Of a DNA stretch of 60,388 bases, positions 17,186-26,153 are shown one piece after another. Origin of the DNA: a virus. The notes beneath the pieces were generated by a model. It worked only from the letters and a program-made list of their open reading frames with translations. It did not search any database and was not told the DNA's origin. Position numbers and translations under genes: made by a program. The stretch is taken from positions 1-60,388 of the IMG/VR virus record IMGVR_UViG_3300045988_119780; one strand, 5' to 3'. The first letter of the stretch is position 1; each line of letters begins with the position of its first letter.

Positions 17186-18379
17186 TTACTTGACCACCTT
17201 TACATACTTAGACAGAATCCATAAATCCTTGCCAATCAAGTAAGCCTTCCCTTTCTTAAAGGTCTTGCTCTTGGTAGTCTTCCAGCTAGAACCCTGGGGA
17301 ACGTAATGGTTAGCATACTTGCCGTTTGAACCAATCAAGTTCACCTTCCAGGTTTCCTTGCCAGCACCTAAGTTGTTTACCTTGACAACGTGCGTGGTAG
17401 CCTTAGGCTTCTTAACAGCTTTCTTAGGCTGCACCTTAATCGTGATCGTGCCAGTCAACTTAATGACATTGCCTGGGTGAATCATGCTCTTGGTTGTCTT
17501 ACCATTCAGCTGAGCAAGCAAGCCTGCATCAAGCCCGTAACGCTTGGCAATCGCATACCAGCTGTCTCCTCGCTTGATCGTGTACTTGTTTGACTTAGGA
17601 ATAGGTTGAACGCCTTGGGCCTTGTTGGTCGTTGCGTCAGCTGGAGTGACTGGAGTCTTCTTTGCCACCTTACCGGTGGATACCAGACCATTAATCAATT
17701 CCACATTGCCATCGATGCCGTACCAGTTGTCTGCATATTGCCACATCCCTACATGATTCATGCTAGGGAAGTAGCCGAAATCTGGTTTGGTTTGCAAGCT
17801 GGTTGTCTTGTAACTAGCCACCCAAAGCACATCACCGTACTGCTTGCCAATTGATTCATAGTCTACGTACTGCTTCAAATAGTACGCACCAGAGTACAGA
17901 ATAGGCTTGTAGCCTGCCTTCTTTACTGCGGCCATGAATACTTTGATAGCAGCCGTGTTTGCACTCTTTGAATAAGTCGCTCCAGCTTCATAGTCCAGAG
18001 CAATTGCTGAGCCAGACTCAAGTCCAAACTTCTTTGCGTCTGAAACGGCCATTTTAGCCATCTGAGCAGCCTTATGTTTGTCTGCGTCAAATTGTCCCCA
18101 GTAGTACCCGCCAACGTTCAGACCAGTCTTTTTTGCGTTTGAAAGCTGTGCGCTGGCCTTAGGGTTTTGATAGTGGTAACCTTCACCGCCACCACTGCCG
18201 CCCAGCTTGACCAGGACAAACTTAGCTCCCTTAGCCTTCATGCTATTAAAGTAAGTGTATGAACTGTCTTGATAGCTGGACACGTCCATGCCTAAGCGCC
18301 GTGTGGAGGCACTGACTGGAGATGCTGACAGGGCTAAAGCAAAAGCCCCAGTCGCTAAACTAAGAGTTAACTTTCTCAC
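17186..18379 (-). CDS. Endolysin: signal peptide, GH25-type muramidase, LysM and a C-terminal binding domain
   Basis: GMDVSSYQ GH25 start motif; LysM YTIKRGDSWYAIAKRYGLD...IHPGNVIKL. In-frame GTG at 18379 preceded by AAAGAGGTG. N-terminus VRKLTLSLATGAFALALSASPVSA. Confidence 0.8.
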   Translation of the reverse strand: MRKLTLSLATGAFALALSASPVSASTRRLGMDVSSYQDSSYTYFNSMKAKGAKFVLVKLGGSGGGEGYHYQNPKASAQLSNAKKTGLNVGGYYWGQFDADKHKAAQMAKMAVSDAKKFGLESGSAIALDYEAGATYSKSANTAAIKVFMAAVKKAGYKPILYSGAYYLKQYVDYESIGKQYGDVLWVASYKTTSLQTKPDFGYFPSMNHVGMWQYADNWYGIDGNVELINGLVSTGKVAKKTPVTPADATTNKAQGVQPIPKSNKYTIKRGDSWYAIAKRYGLDAGLLAQLNGKTTKSMIHPGNVIKLTGTITIKVQPKKAVKKPKATTHVVKVNNLGAGKETWKVNLIGSNGKYANHYVPQGSSWKTTKSKTFKKGKAYLIGKDLWILSKYVKVVK

Positions 18380-18707
18380 TTGGCACCTCTTTCTTGTATT
18401 GGTCCAGCGTCCCCGCCTTGGACAATTCAGCCCACTGTGCTTCAACTGCGTTTTCAATTACAGTCAAGTCAGCGCTGGTGATTCCAGCTTGACTGAGTGC
18501 ATGCTGAACAAAATCAACAGCCTTGGTAAACTTAATATTGCCATCCCCGCCGATCTTTTCAGCGGCAACAACGGCAGCTGGTGCTACGCTATTGATAATC
18601 TGCAAGGCCAATCTTGCCTTGCTGTCTTGCTTTACAATTTGGCACATGATTGTCCCGATTAAAGCAATCACTGCCAGAATAACATCTACAATAATTTCGT
18701 GTGTCAT
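18360..18707 (-). CDS. Holin (LL-H-family-like)
   Basis: 115 aa with one N-terminal TM helix IIVDVILAVIALIGTIMCQIV. Lies immediately upstream of the endolysin and overlaps it. Confidence 0.6.
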   Translation of the reverse strand: MTHEIIVDVILAVIALIGTIMCQIVKQDSKARLALQIINSVAPAAVVAAEKIGGDGNIKFTKAVDFVQHALSQAGITSADLTVIENAVEAQWAELSKAGTLDQYKKEVPSEKVNS

Positions 18708-18710
18708 TTC

Positions 18711-19034
18711 TTATACCTCATCGTCCCCGTAATCGTTTACGTCAGTAAACGTATGCTTTACGCCTAGCTTTTCTTCAAGCTCAATTAAACGTACGGAATA
18801 TTTAGAAACCTGCTTAGTCAAGTTGTCGATCTCTTTTTGATCTTCAACATGCCGTTTCTCTAAATAAGCATTGCGGTCTCTTTGATCTTTTAAATCTTCA
18901 CGCAGTGCCGAACGTTCGTCTTGCCGTTGTTCACGATCACTCTTTTGCTTACTTGCCCAGTAACTGAATAGTGCTACTAAGACAGTGCCAGCCGTGGGAA
19001 TGATTCTCGTTAACCAGTCCATCAAAGAGGCCAT
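18711..19034 (-). CDS. Membrane-anchored coiled-coil protein (lysis-cassette accessory?)
   Basis: N-terminal TM helix, then a highly charged helical segment. Confidence 0.5.
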   Translation of the reverse strand: MASLMDWLTRIIPTAGTVLVALFSYWASKQKSDREQRQDERSALREDLKDQRDRNAYLEKRHVEDQKEIDNLTKQVSKYSVRLIELEEKLGVKHTFTDVNDYGDDEV

Positions 19035-19054
19035 GCGTCAACCATTCCCTTCTA

Positions 19055-19498
19055 TCATTCATCTTCTCTCGTTGGCGATTCCCTTGCCATATACAAAGTT
19101 GCCAGGACCATAACCAAGTCACTAATAGCGCCCCATTCCATGCGTGGAGTAAATGGATGTGCAAAAAGTGAGTGCATCAATTCCGTTAACCCTAGCATTG
19201 TATAAAATGAGGAACTACTAGCAAGCAAAAAACGGTTCATTTTGTATGAACCGTGTTCTTGATATGCCCAGTGAATCATGCCTACCCCGATCAAGATTCC
19301 CGTATAGCCTACAATGTCGTCATTGAGGAAGTCGGTAATAAACCTTGGATGAGGTGGCCAAAAGAAATAGCGTGTGCTAACTGTGAGCACAACGCCATTC
19401 AAGATTAAGGAAAAGCCAACGATGCAGTGCCAGCCATTATTCAGTAGCCTTTTCATCGTTCTTCTTAGCATCTTGTAATTCCTTCTGGAGTTGTTCAA
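19055..19498 (-). CDS. Multi-pass membrane protein (second holin-like candidate)
   Basis: Four predicted hydrophobic helices; sits between the fibre and the holin. Confidence 0.5.
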   Translation of the reverse strand: MNNSRRNYKMLRRTMKRLLNNGWHCIVGFSLILNGVVLTVSTRYFFWPPHPRFITDFLNDDIVGYTGILIGVGMIHWAYQEHGSYKMNRFLLASSSSFYTMLGLTELMHSLFAHPFTPRMEWGAISDLVMVLATLYMARESPTREDE

Positions 19499-19588
19499 CT
19501 TGCACCTGCATCAGCAGCAGGTTGTACTGCAAATCATCAGTCAGCTTGCGATACTTTGCAATAACATCATTTGCGTCAATGTTCATAA

Positions 19589-19828
19589 TTAAGCCTCGCC
19601 TAATGCAGCCTTAACGTAAGCTTCCAGCTTCTTCAAGCCCAAGGTTGTGATCTGCGTCTTGCTCAAGCTATCCAGGGCCGCACCGTCAGTTAAATCTGAT
19701 GCCGTGATTACGAGGGAACCATTGATGTAGTCAGATGCTTCTGTACCACTCAAGTTAATAGTGATTGACTTAGTGCTACCGTCTGAATCTGAGAATTGGT
19801 AGCTAATGCCTCTTGCGTTAATCTTCAT
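19589..19828 (-). CDS. Small hypothetical protein (paralogue of 19842..20060)
   Basis: Shared pattern ...YINGSLVITASDL..G...D.L.K / ...YVNGRITINKSEL..GKTFDDMTPK. Confidence 0.45.
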   Translation of the reverse strand: MKINARGISYQFSDSDGSTKSITINLSGTEASDYINGSLVITASDLTDGAALDSLSKTQITTLGLKKLEAYVKAALGEA

Positions 19829-19841
19829 GATTTATTCTCCT

Positions 19842-20060
19842 TTATGCGAAAGTTAACTTACTCTTGACAAGTGCAATGACATCCTTTGGTGTCATGTCAT
19901 CAAAGGTCTTACCGCTTGCCAGTTCTGACTTGTTGATAGTAATTCGGCCATTGACATAATCGCCGGAACCATCGTTTGCGTAGCCGGATACGGAAATGGT
20001 CTCACCACTGATGATCTCATTGTCATATTTCGGCTCAATATTGTTAATTCTTAAATCCAT
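19842..20060 (-). CDS. Small hypothetical protein (paralogue of 19589..19828)
   Basis: 72 aa, tandem with its paralogue downstream of the fibre gene. Confidence 0.45.
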   Translation of the reverse strand: MDLRINNIEPKYDNEIISGETISVSGYANDGSGDYVNGRITINKSELASGKTFDDMTPKDVIALVKSKLTFA

Positions 20061-20139
20061 ATGTGTTCTCCTTTATAGTTCTCACACACTACAATTATAT
20101 CGTTCCGGAGGGGAACGTTTGTCTCTAATTAATCTCAAT

Positions 20140-23100
20140 TTACTTTGCTTCTAATTTGTCTAATCTCTTGAGAATTTCTTGCAATACCACTTGGTGATAA
20201 CCCAGCAAGTTTGCGTCAATTCTGGCAGTGCGTTCTTTGTTAATCAGCATCGGATCCATGTTGTACTCTGGCTTATCGTGAATGTCATCGATAATCCCGG
20301 AAACATAGTGCTGACCAGTTTCGTCACTGGTATAGCGGTAGTCGTACATGTCAGTGTTTTGAACAGCCATAAGTGCCCGGTCATAGGTCACCTTGGTGAT
20401 TGCCGTCTTAACAGAAAGCCGGGATGATACCGTGTTAGCTCTCTGAGAAATAACTCTATTGCAGTGCACATCGACCTTACCAGCGTCGCTGTAAGACTGG
20501 CCCAATAATGGGCCAACATTACCAATCTGGACATACAGATCACTAGTTGGCGTGTAAATCGTACTCTTGCCAAGACCAATACCAGACCAGACCTGGAAGC
20601 CGACAGCACCAGCATTGTCAAAGTTAGTGCCGTTCCAGTTGGTGACGTAAAGACTGCCGTTAAGACCACGCATTTTACTACCTGTAAGTCTGAAGTCGCC
20701 TGCCCAGACATCATTCGTTTCAATTCTACCAGCATCAATATAGGTTCTAGCTAATTGGTTGGTAAAGCCATTATTGACATCGTTCCATGAAGGATATACG
20801 GTAAACTTCAAATATGTAGGAGCAAGTGTCGTTATAGCGGCAGATGAACCTCCTCTTAGTCCGTAAATTGACGTATTGTCATTACTGTAGCTTTGTGAAA
20901 CAATCGTTGACCGTAGTTGAAGGCCACCACTCCCGGCAAACACGTTTGCATCCCGCCAAGCCCAAGGATTGTGAAATCCCTGGACTCTTTGATCGACATA
21001 TCTTTGGTCAGTAGGTAATAAATTGAGTTGGCCATGAATTGTAGTGTTACCGTTTAGTTCGATGTTCTTACCATCGATGGTCACGCCGTCTGGGCTAAGG
21101 TTGATAGCTGAGACAAGGTTTGAACTGTTAGGAAGCATAACCCAAGGCGTCCAGTGGTCGCCAGTCCACGTGCGCTGATATTGCGTTGGGTCATAGTCCC
21201 GCCAAACGGTAACGACAAACCGAGTACCATCGGCTGACCCACGAGACTGAACGTATACCCATGGCTTTAAGCCGTCTGGCCCATTGTAGAAGTAATTACC
21301 ACTCGTTTCGCCATTTATGAACCAGTTTCCGTAAATTGACTTTGTGTAATCGAAATCCCAAGGGCTTGATGCAGATACAGTGTAAGTGCTGTACTGAACC
21401 TTTTGGTCAACGGCTAAAAGAATATCATCTGCTTTTTGTTGAATCAAAGAGCGGGTAGACGAACCATCGTTTTTTAATTCTTGATAGTAGCTGGTCAGCT
21501 TGCCGTTAGTCTGATTAATCGATCCCCACAAGGAGTTGCCTTGGTCATCTTTACCACCGATTGTGGAGTTAAGCTGGCCCCACGCTGCGGAAAGATATTG
21601 ATTACCTTTATTGTCACCGACTGTATTGTAGACGGTAATCTTGCTTGCGTTGATAACACCATCGTCAATGTGTGTTTGACCATTAAGGTGGATGTTCTTG
21701 CCATCGATCGTTACACCATCTGGATTTGTATTAATCCCAGCAATCAGCTTATTGTTTACATACGTACCAAGGCCAGCTTCATTGCCGTCCAGTTTCAGCA
21801 GGGAACCAACTACGTTGTTGCCTTCGATCTTTGATACACGGGCGTTAATTCCATCAGCAGTTTCCTTAATCGAAGATGCTCTACCATCAACCGCCTTGAT
21901 CTGGGTATCCAGTTCCTTCGCCGTTACTTGCAGGCTGGATACGTTTTTCTCTGTATCCTGCAAGCTAGTTGTGAATTGACTAGCCGTAGTTTGAAGGGAT
22001 GATATATTCCCTTTAGCGTCCTTCATGTCTGCGGTCAGCCCCTGCGCTGTTTGCTGGAGGGAGGAAATATCACCATTGGATGGCTTCCACGGTGTGGCTG
22101 TATCACCATACTCAATTTGGTATTTGCGAACATAAACGGTATCTACATCCGTTGTTGAGAAGTACGTCACCCAGTTATGGCTACCAGCCGTTACCTTGCC
22201 GGAGATATGGTAGCGAACCCAATCGGTAGTAAGTGGAGCATCTTCTAAGAAGTTACCTTCAAGCCCCATGATATTAATCTTAGCCTTACCGTTGTCTGAC
22301 TTAGCATCAAACGAAAGCGTGTATGTTTGGTTCAGTGTGTTATTGCCACTCCACCAAAATCCTTGGTTAGATGCTCCTGCGACCAAAGATATTTTGTAGT
22401 CTTTAAGGCTTTCACCGTCATCAATAATGCTATGTGGGGGATTACCATTCCAACCAACAATGCCCCAAGAGAAATCACTAGTCCCAGAAAGCAAGTTAAC
22501 TCCACCATTACTCAGTGTGCTGGTGATACTGGTTGCCGTATGCTGGAGCGTACTAATGTCATTCTGTGCGTTGGTCATAGAGGTGGTCAAACTATCAGCC
22601 GTAGTCTTTACTCTTGCAATGTCACCTTTTGCATTAGTAAGGTCTGCACTGATTTCACCAGCCGTTACTTTCAAGCTGGATACATCCTTCTGCGTGTTTG
22701 TCATCTGCGTTTGCAGACTGTTTGCGGTTTGCTGGAGCTTAGACACATTCCCCTGCGTGTCGGCTACTTTGCTGGTTAGGCCATCTGCGGTTATCTTTAG
22801 CTGAGCTATATCGCCCGGTGATGGAGACCAAGCAGTGGCCATTGCACCTTCTTCAAGTTTGCAACCGTAGATGTAGTGGGTTACATTTTTGGCATTGATT
22901 CGCATTGGCAGGCAGTTGACCGTTCTGCTGCCAGCAGTAAAGTTTTGAGTGTGAAAGTGGATTTCAAACCGCTGGTAATTTGTCGTGAGTTGGGTTGTGG
23001 TAAAGCCATCACTATAGCCGTTGTCTGGGCAGATGTTATACAGAAAGCTAAAGATTTTAGCAGGCTGATCGGCCTTTGCCCAAAAAGACAACGTGTAGTC

Positions 23101-26100
23101 TGTGTTGGGTTTGATCGTAGTCAAGCCATTCCAAGCTATAGGATCGTAATCTCCATCAAAATTTTTTTTCGCTTTCACTACAGTAAACTGATCGACTTTT
23201 TCAGTGTCGCCGTGCCAGTTGGGTATAGTGTCTGAATCTCTCAGCAGGTTCTGCCCACCGTTTGCCACCGTTACAGTCAACCCATCAGCATCCTGCTGTA
23301 ATTTTGAAAGCTTGCCGGATTGGTCAGTGACGCTGGACTGCAAACCTTTGGCCGTCTGTTGTAATTGTGAGATGTTACCATTTGCATCGGCCATTTGCGC
23401 TGTCAGACTATCAGCCGTAGCCTTGACCGCAGCCACGTCTCCCTTGGTGTTAACCAGATCAGTTTTGACTGCGTTAGCTGTTTGCGTCACCGAGGAAATG
23501 TCACCCTTAGCGCTGGTGACCTGGGCTTGGATTTGGTCAGCTGTTTGCTTGATTTGGGAGATTGAAGCATTCACATCTTCCGGAGCTGGAGACCAATCGG
23601 TTGCCAAGTTGCCCTTTTTTACAAACAAGCCCTTGTACGATAACGTCCCTGCTGGGAAATTATCCGTTCTGATTCGGAAATTGAATTTACTGTTTTTAAG
23701 ATTGTCTGCGGTCAGTGTAAGATATTGAACGAGTGTTGTGGTTGCGCCATCTGGACATACTTTAGAAATATCATATGAAGGAGAACCAATGCTACCGGCA
23801 TTCCAAACCGTGACATTACCTGGGCCTTGTAATTGAAATTTGCCAGATTGAATACCACTGTTTTTTATCGTATAACCGATTGTTACAGTATCACCTACTT
23901 GCAAATCGTCTGGGTAGAAAATGCCCAAGTCTGGTGTACAGTAATTAGTTGCGCCTGTAAATCCAGTTAATGTTTGCCACTTGTTGAAAGTGTTACGTGC
24001 ATAGTTTCTGTCACCAGAATGCAAATTGCTTACCGTGCTAGTCAGCCCATTAGCCGTTTGCTGAAGCTGCGAAATGTTCCCCTCAGCACTACCGACCCGT
24101 GATGTCAGTCCATTTGCCGTTTGTTGTAAACTGCTAATGTCGCCTTTAGCATTAGTTAAGTCAGACTGGAGCTTACTTGCCGTCTGTTGCAATGAGCTTA
24201 CATTACCTTCAGCATTTGATACACGGGTGGTGATGCTGTCCATCGTCTGCTTGATTGAGCTTACGTCTGTTCCAGTCGCTACACGTTCCCATTCAGTCCA
24301 GCCGGACTTATTGTTTGATCGCTCATACGCAACGTTAGCATCATCCTTCTTTACCCGTTGAACCACTCTTAGGCGATCTGCAGTAGCTTCAACGGTTGCC
24401 ATAAACCATGCAGAAATCGGAGCGTTTTTTGCGCTAAAGTCTTTGATTAAGTAAGTCCCTGCTGTGGTCAAATTGTTCATGTCCACATTGCTGGTGAGCA
24501 CCTGTGCACTAGCCTTGTCATTAATCGCTTGTTGCCACTGAGCAGGCATTCGACCAACCGTACTGGTTAAGCTGTCTGCCGTCTGTTTAACCGAGCTGAT
24601 GTTGTTTTTATTATCCGTGATCTGACTCTGCAGACTGTTCGCTGTTGCTTTAACTGAAGCAACATCACCCTTAGTATTGGTCAAGTCCGCACGGATTGCA
24701 TCGGCCGTCTGACTAACCTTAGAAATTGCCTGGTCTGTGTCATCTGGATTCGGTTGCCATTGAGTAGCGGTATTACCCTCTTCAAGCTGACATCCGTAGA
24801 CCCATACCGTTACATTGTCATATACTCTAACAGGCAAACAGTTAACCTTTCTTCCTGCGGGCATGGCATCCGTGTGAAAATGCACGGTAAAGCGCTGATA
24901 GTCTGTTGTTAGCGTGTTAGGCGTTGAGCCGTCAGCGTAAACCGTATCAGTGCCAATGTTATACAAATAGCTGCAGATTCGTGTCTGTTTACTTGCCTTA
25001 GCGTAAAAAGTTAACACGTAATCAGTATTTGGTTTGATATTCGTTAAGCCATTCCATGCAACAATGTCCTGCCAATTGCCAACCGTTTTAGTCATCTTGG
25101 CCACTGTGAACCCGTCAACAGTTTCCGTAGCGCCATTCCATATACCGGATAGCGTTCTCGTGTTTGTTAACAGATTCCGGCCACCGACTCGGATATTGCT
25201 TACGGTGGTGCTAATCTCCTCAGCCGTGTGCTTAACTTCTGCAATAGCGTTGCTATTAAACATAATCATGCTGTTGGCTGTAGACAAGCTACCGCTAAGT
25301 TGCCCAGTCTGTCTCTGCAGTTCTGAGGTTGCCGTAGCCAAGCTATTGCCAGTAGCCGCCAAGCTGGTCTTTGCCACTGATAGATCATTGCTTGCCTGTT
25401 TTACGCCATTTCTCAGATCATTGTCCACTGCAGTCAAACTGTTTCTGGCATTAGTCAGATTATTAGCAACTTCACTAGTAGCCGTCTTCAAGCTATCCCT
25501 TACGGTTGCCAGGTCACTTCTAGTCTGGGTTATTCCGCCTCGCATATCTGAATCGACAGCCACTAAGCTATCTCTCGTGCTTGCCAATTCACTTGCCGTT
25601 TCACTAGTGGCAGTATGAAGGCTATCATCAACCGCCGCAAGGCTATCTCTTGTTGTTGCAATATTTTTGCCCAGTCCACTTGCAACATCTGCCAAAGAAC
25701 CTCTCATAGATTCTGCATCAGCATGTAAACTGGTATCAGCATCATGTAGACTATTTGCTGTACTGTGGAGGTCTGCCAATGACAAACTATTTTGCACACG
25801 TAAGCTTTCAAGATGACTGTCAACTTCACTAGTTGCCGTGATTGCAGAGTTGTACAAACTTTCTTCCACAGTTGACATAGAGTTCCAGCTTGATTCCATG
25901 TCTGATCGCAGGCTTGCTACTGCACTATCGTTTTGGTGCTGACCTTCATAGATTTGACTCTTAACCCAGGCAAGATTAGATTCAAATTCTTTTTGTGCTT
26001 CGTCCAGTGCTGCGATAGTTTCAGAGTTGGCTTCATCCCATGCCATCTTATATTTATTGGCTGACGTTACCGCTTGATTAGCTGTCTGCTGAGCTTGATT

Positions 26101-26151
26101 AGCAGCTAAGCCGTTTGCTGTAACATTGACCGAAACTGGTCTGCTTTTCAT
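20140..26151 (-). CDS. Giant (2003 aa) tail fibre / receptor-binding protein with a C-terminal intramolecular chaperone domain
   Basis: Repeated coiled-coil heptads (SSLQQTA.GLTS..), four sugar-binding-like modules each ending EEG..AT.W.P.P.D, two knob-like domains, and an S74-type C-terminus (SRLSVKTAITKVTYDRAL...YDYRY). Confidence 0.8.
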   Translation of the reverse strand: MKSRPVSVNVTANGLAANQAQQTANQAVTSANKYKMAWDEANSETIAALDEAQKEFESNLAWVKSQIYEGQHQNDSAVASLRSDMESSWNSMSTVEESLYNSAITATSEVDSHLESLRVQNSLSLADLHSTANSLHDADTSLHADAESMRGSLADVASGLGKNIATTRDSLAAVDDSLHTATSETASELASTRDSLVAVDSDMRGGITQTRSDLATVRDSLKTATSEVANNLTNARNSLTAVDNDLRNGVKQASNDLSVAKTSLAATGNSLATATSELQRQTGQLSGSLSTANSMIMFNSNAIAEVKHTAEEISTTVSNIRVGGRNLLTNTRTLSGIWNGATETVDGFTVAKMTKTVGNWQDIVAWNGLTNIKPNTDYVLTFYAKASKQTRICSYLYNIGTDTVYADGSTPNTLTTDYQRFTVHFHTDAMPAGRKVNCLPVRVYDNVTVWVYGCQLEEGNTATQWQPNPDDTDQAISKVSQTADAIRADLTNTKGDVASVKATANSLQSQITDNKNNISSVKQTADSLTSTVGRMPAQWQQAINDKASAQVLTSNVDMNNLTTAGTYLIKDFSAKNAPISAWFMATVEATADRLRVVQRVKKDDANVAYERSNNKSGWTEWERVATGTDVSSIKQTMDSITTRVSNAEGNVSSLQQTASKLQSDLTNAKGDISSLQQTANGLTSRVGSAEGNISQLQQTANGLTSTVSNLHSGDRNYARNTFNKWQTLTGFTGATNYCTPDLGIFYPDDLQVGDTVTIGYTIKNSGIQSGKFQLQGPGNVTVWNAGSIGSPSYDISKVCPDGATTTLVQYLTLTADNLKNSKFNFRIRTDNFPAGTLSYKGLFVKKGNLATDWSPAPEDVNASISQIKQTADQIQAQVTSAKGDISSVTQTANAVKTDLVNTKGDVAAVKATADSLTAQMADANGNISQLQQTAKGLQSSVTDQSGKLSKLQQDADGLTVTVANGGQNLLRDSDTIPNWHGDTEKVDQFTVVKAKKNFDGDYDPIAWNGLTTIKPNTDYTLSFWAKADQPAKIFSFLYNICPDNGYSDGFTTTQLTTNYQRFEIHFHTQNFTAGSRTVNCLPMRINAKNVTHYIYGCKLEEGAMATAWSPSPGDIAQLKITADGLTSKVADTQGNVSKLQQTANSLQTQMTNTQKDVSSLKVTAGEISADLTNAKGDIARVKTTADSLTTSMTNAQNDISTLQHTATSITSTLSNGGVNLLSGTSDFSWGIVGWNGNPPHSIIDDGESLKDYKISLVAGASNQGFWWSGNNTLNQTYTLSFDAKSDNGKAKINIMGLEGNFLEDAPLTTDWVRYHISGKVTAGSHNWVTYFSTTDVDTVYVRKYQIEYGDTATPWKPSNGDISSLQQTAQGLTADMKDAKGNISSLQTTASQFTTSLQDTEKNVSSLQVTAKELDTQIKAVDGRASSIKETADGINARVSKIEGNNVVGSLLKLDGNEAGLGTYVNNKLIAGINTNPDGVTIDGKNIHLNGQTHIDDGVINASKITVYNTVGDNKGNQYLSAAWGQLNSTIGGKDDQGNSLWGSINQTNGKLTSYYQELKNDGSSTRSLIQQKADDILLAVDQKVQYSTYTVSASSPWDFDYTKSIYGNWFINGETSGNYFYNGPDGLKPWVYVQSRGSADGTRFVVTVWRDYDPTQYQRTWTGDHWTPWVMLPNSSNLVSAINLSPDGVTIDGKNIELNGNTTIHGQLNLLPTDQRYVDQRVQGFHNPWAWRDANVFAGSGGLQLRSTIVSQSYSNDNTSIYGLRGGSSAAITTLAPTYLKFTVYPSWNDVNNGFTNQLARTYIDAGRIETNDVWAGDFRLTGSKMRGLNGSLYVTNWNGTNFDNAGAVGFQVWSGIGLGKSTIYTPTSDLYVQIGNVGPLLGQSYSDAGKVDVHCNRVISQRANTVSSRLSVKTAITKVTYDRALMAVQNTDMYDYRYTSDETGQHYVSGIIDDIHDKPEYNMDPMLINKERTARIDANLLGYHQVVLQEILKRLDKLEAK

Positions 26152-26153
26152 CT

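Noticed and set aside
17186-18457. Endolysin start at the upstream ATG (18457) as given by the ORF track
   Set aside because: That start would overlap about 100 nt of the holin gene and add a non-signal-like basic N-terminus. The in-frame GTG at 18379 has an SD and gives a canonical signal peptide.
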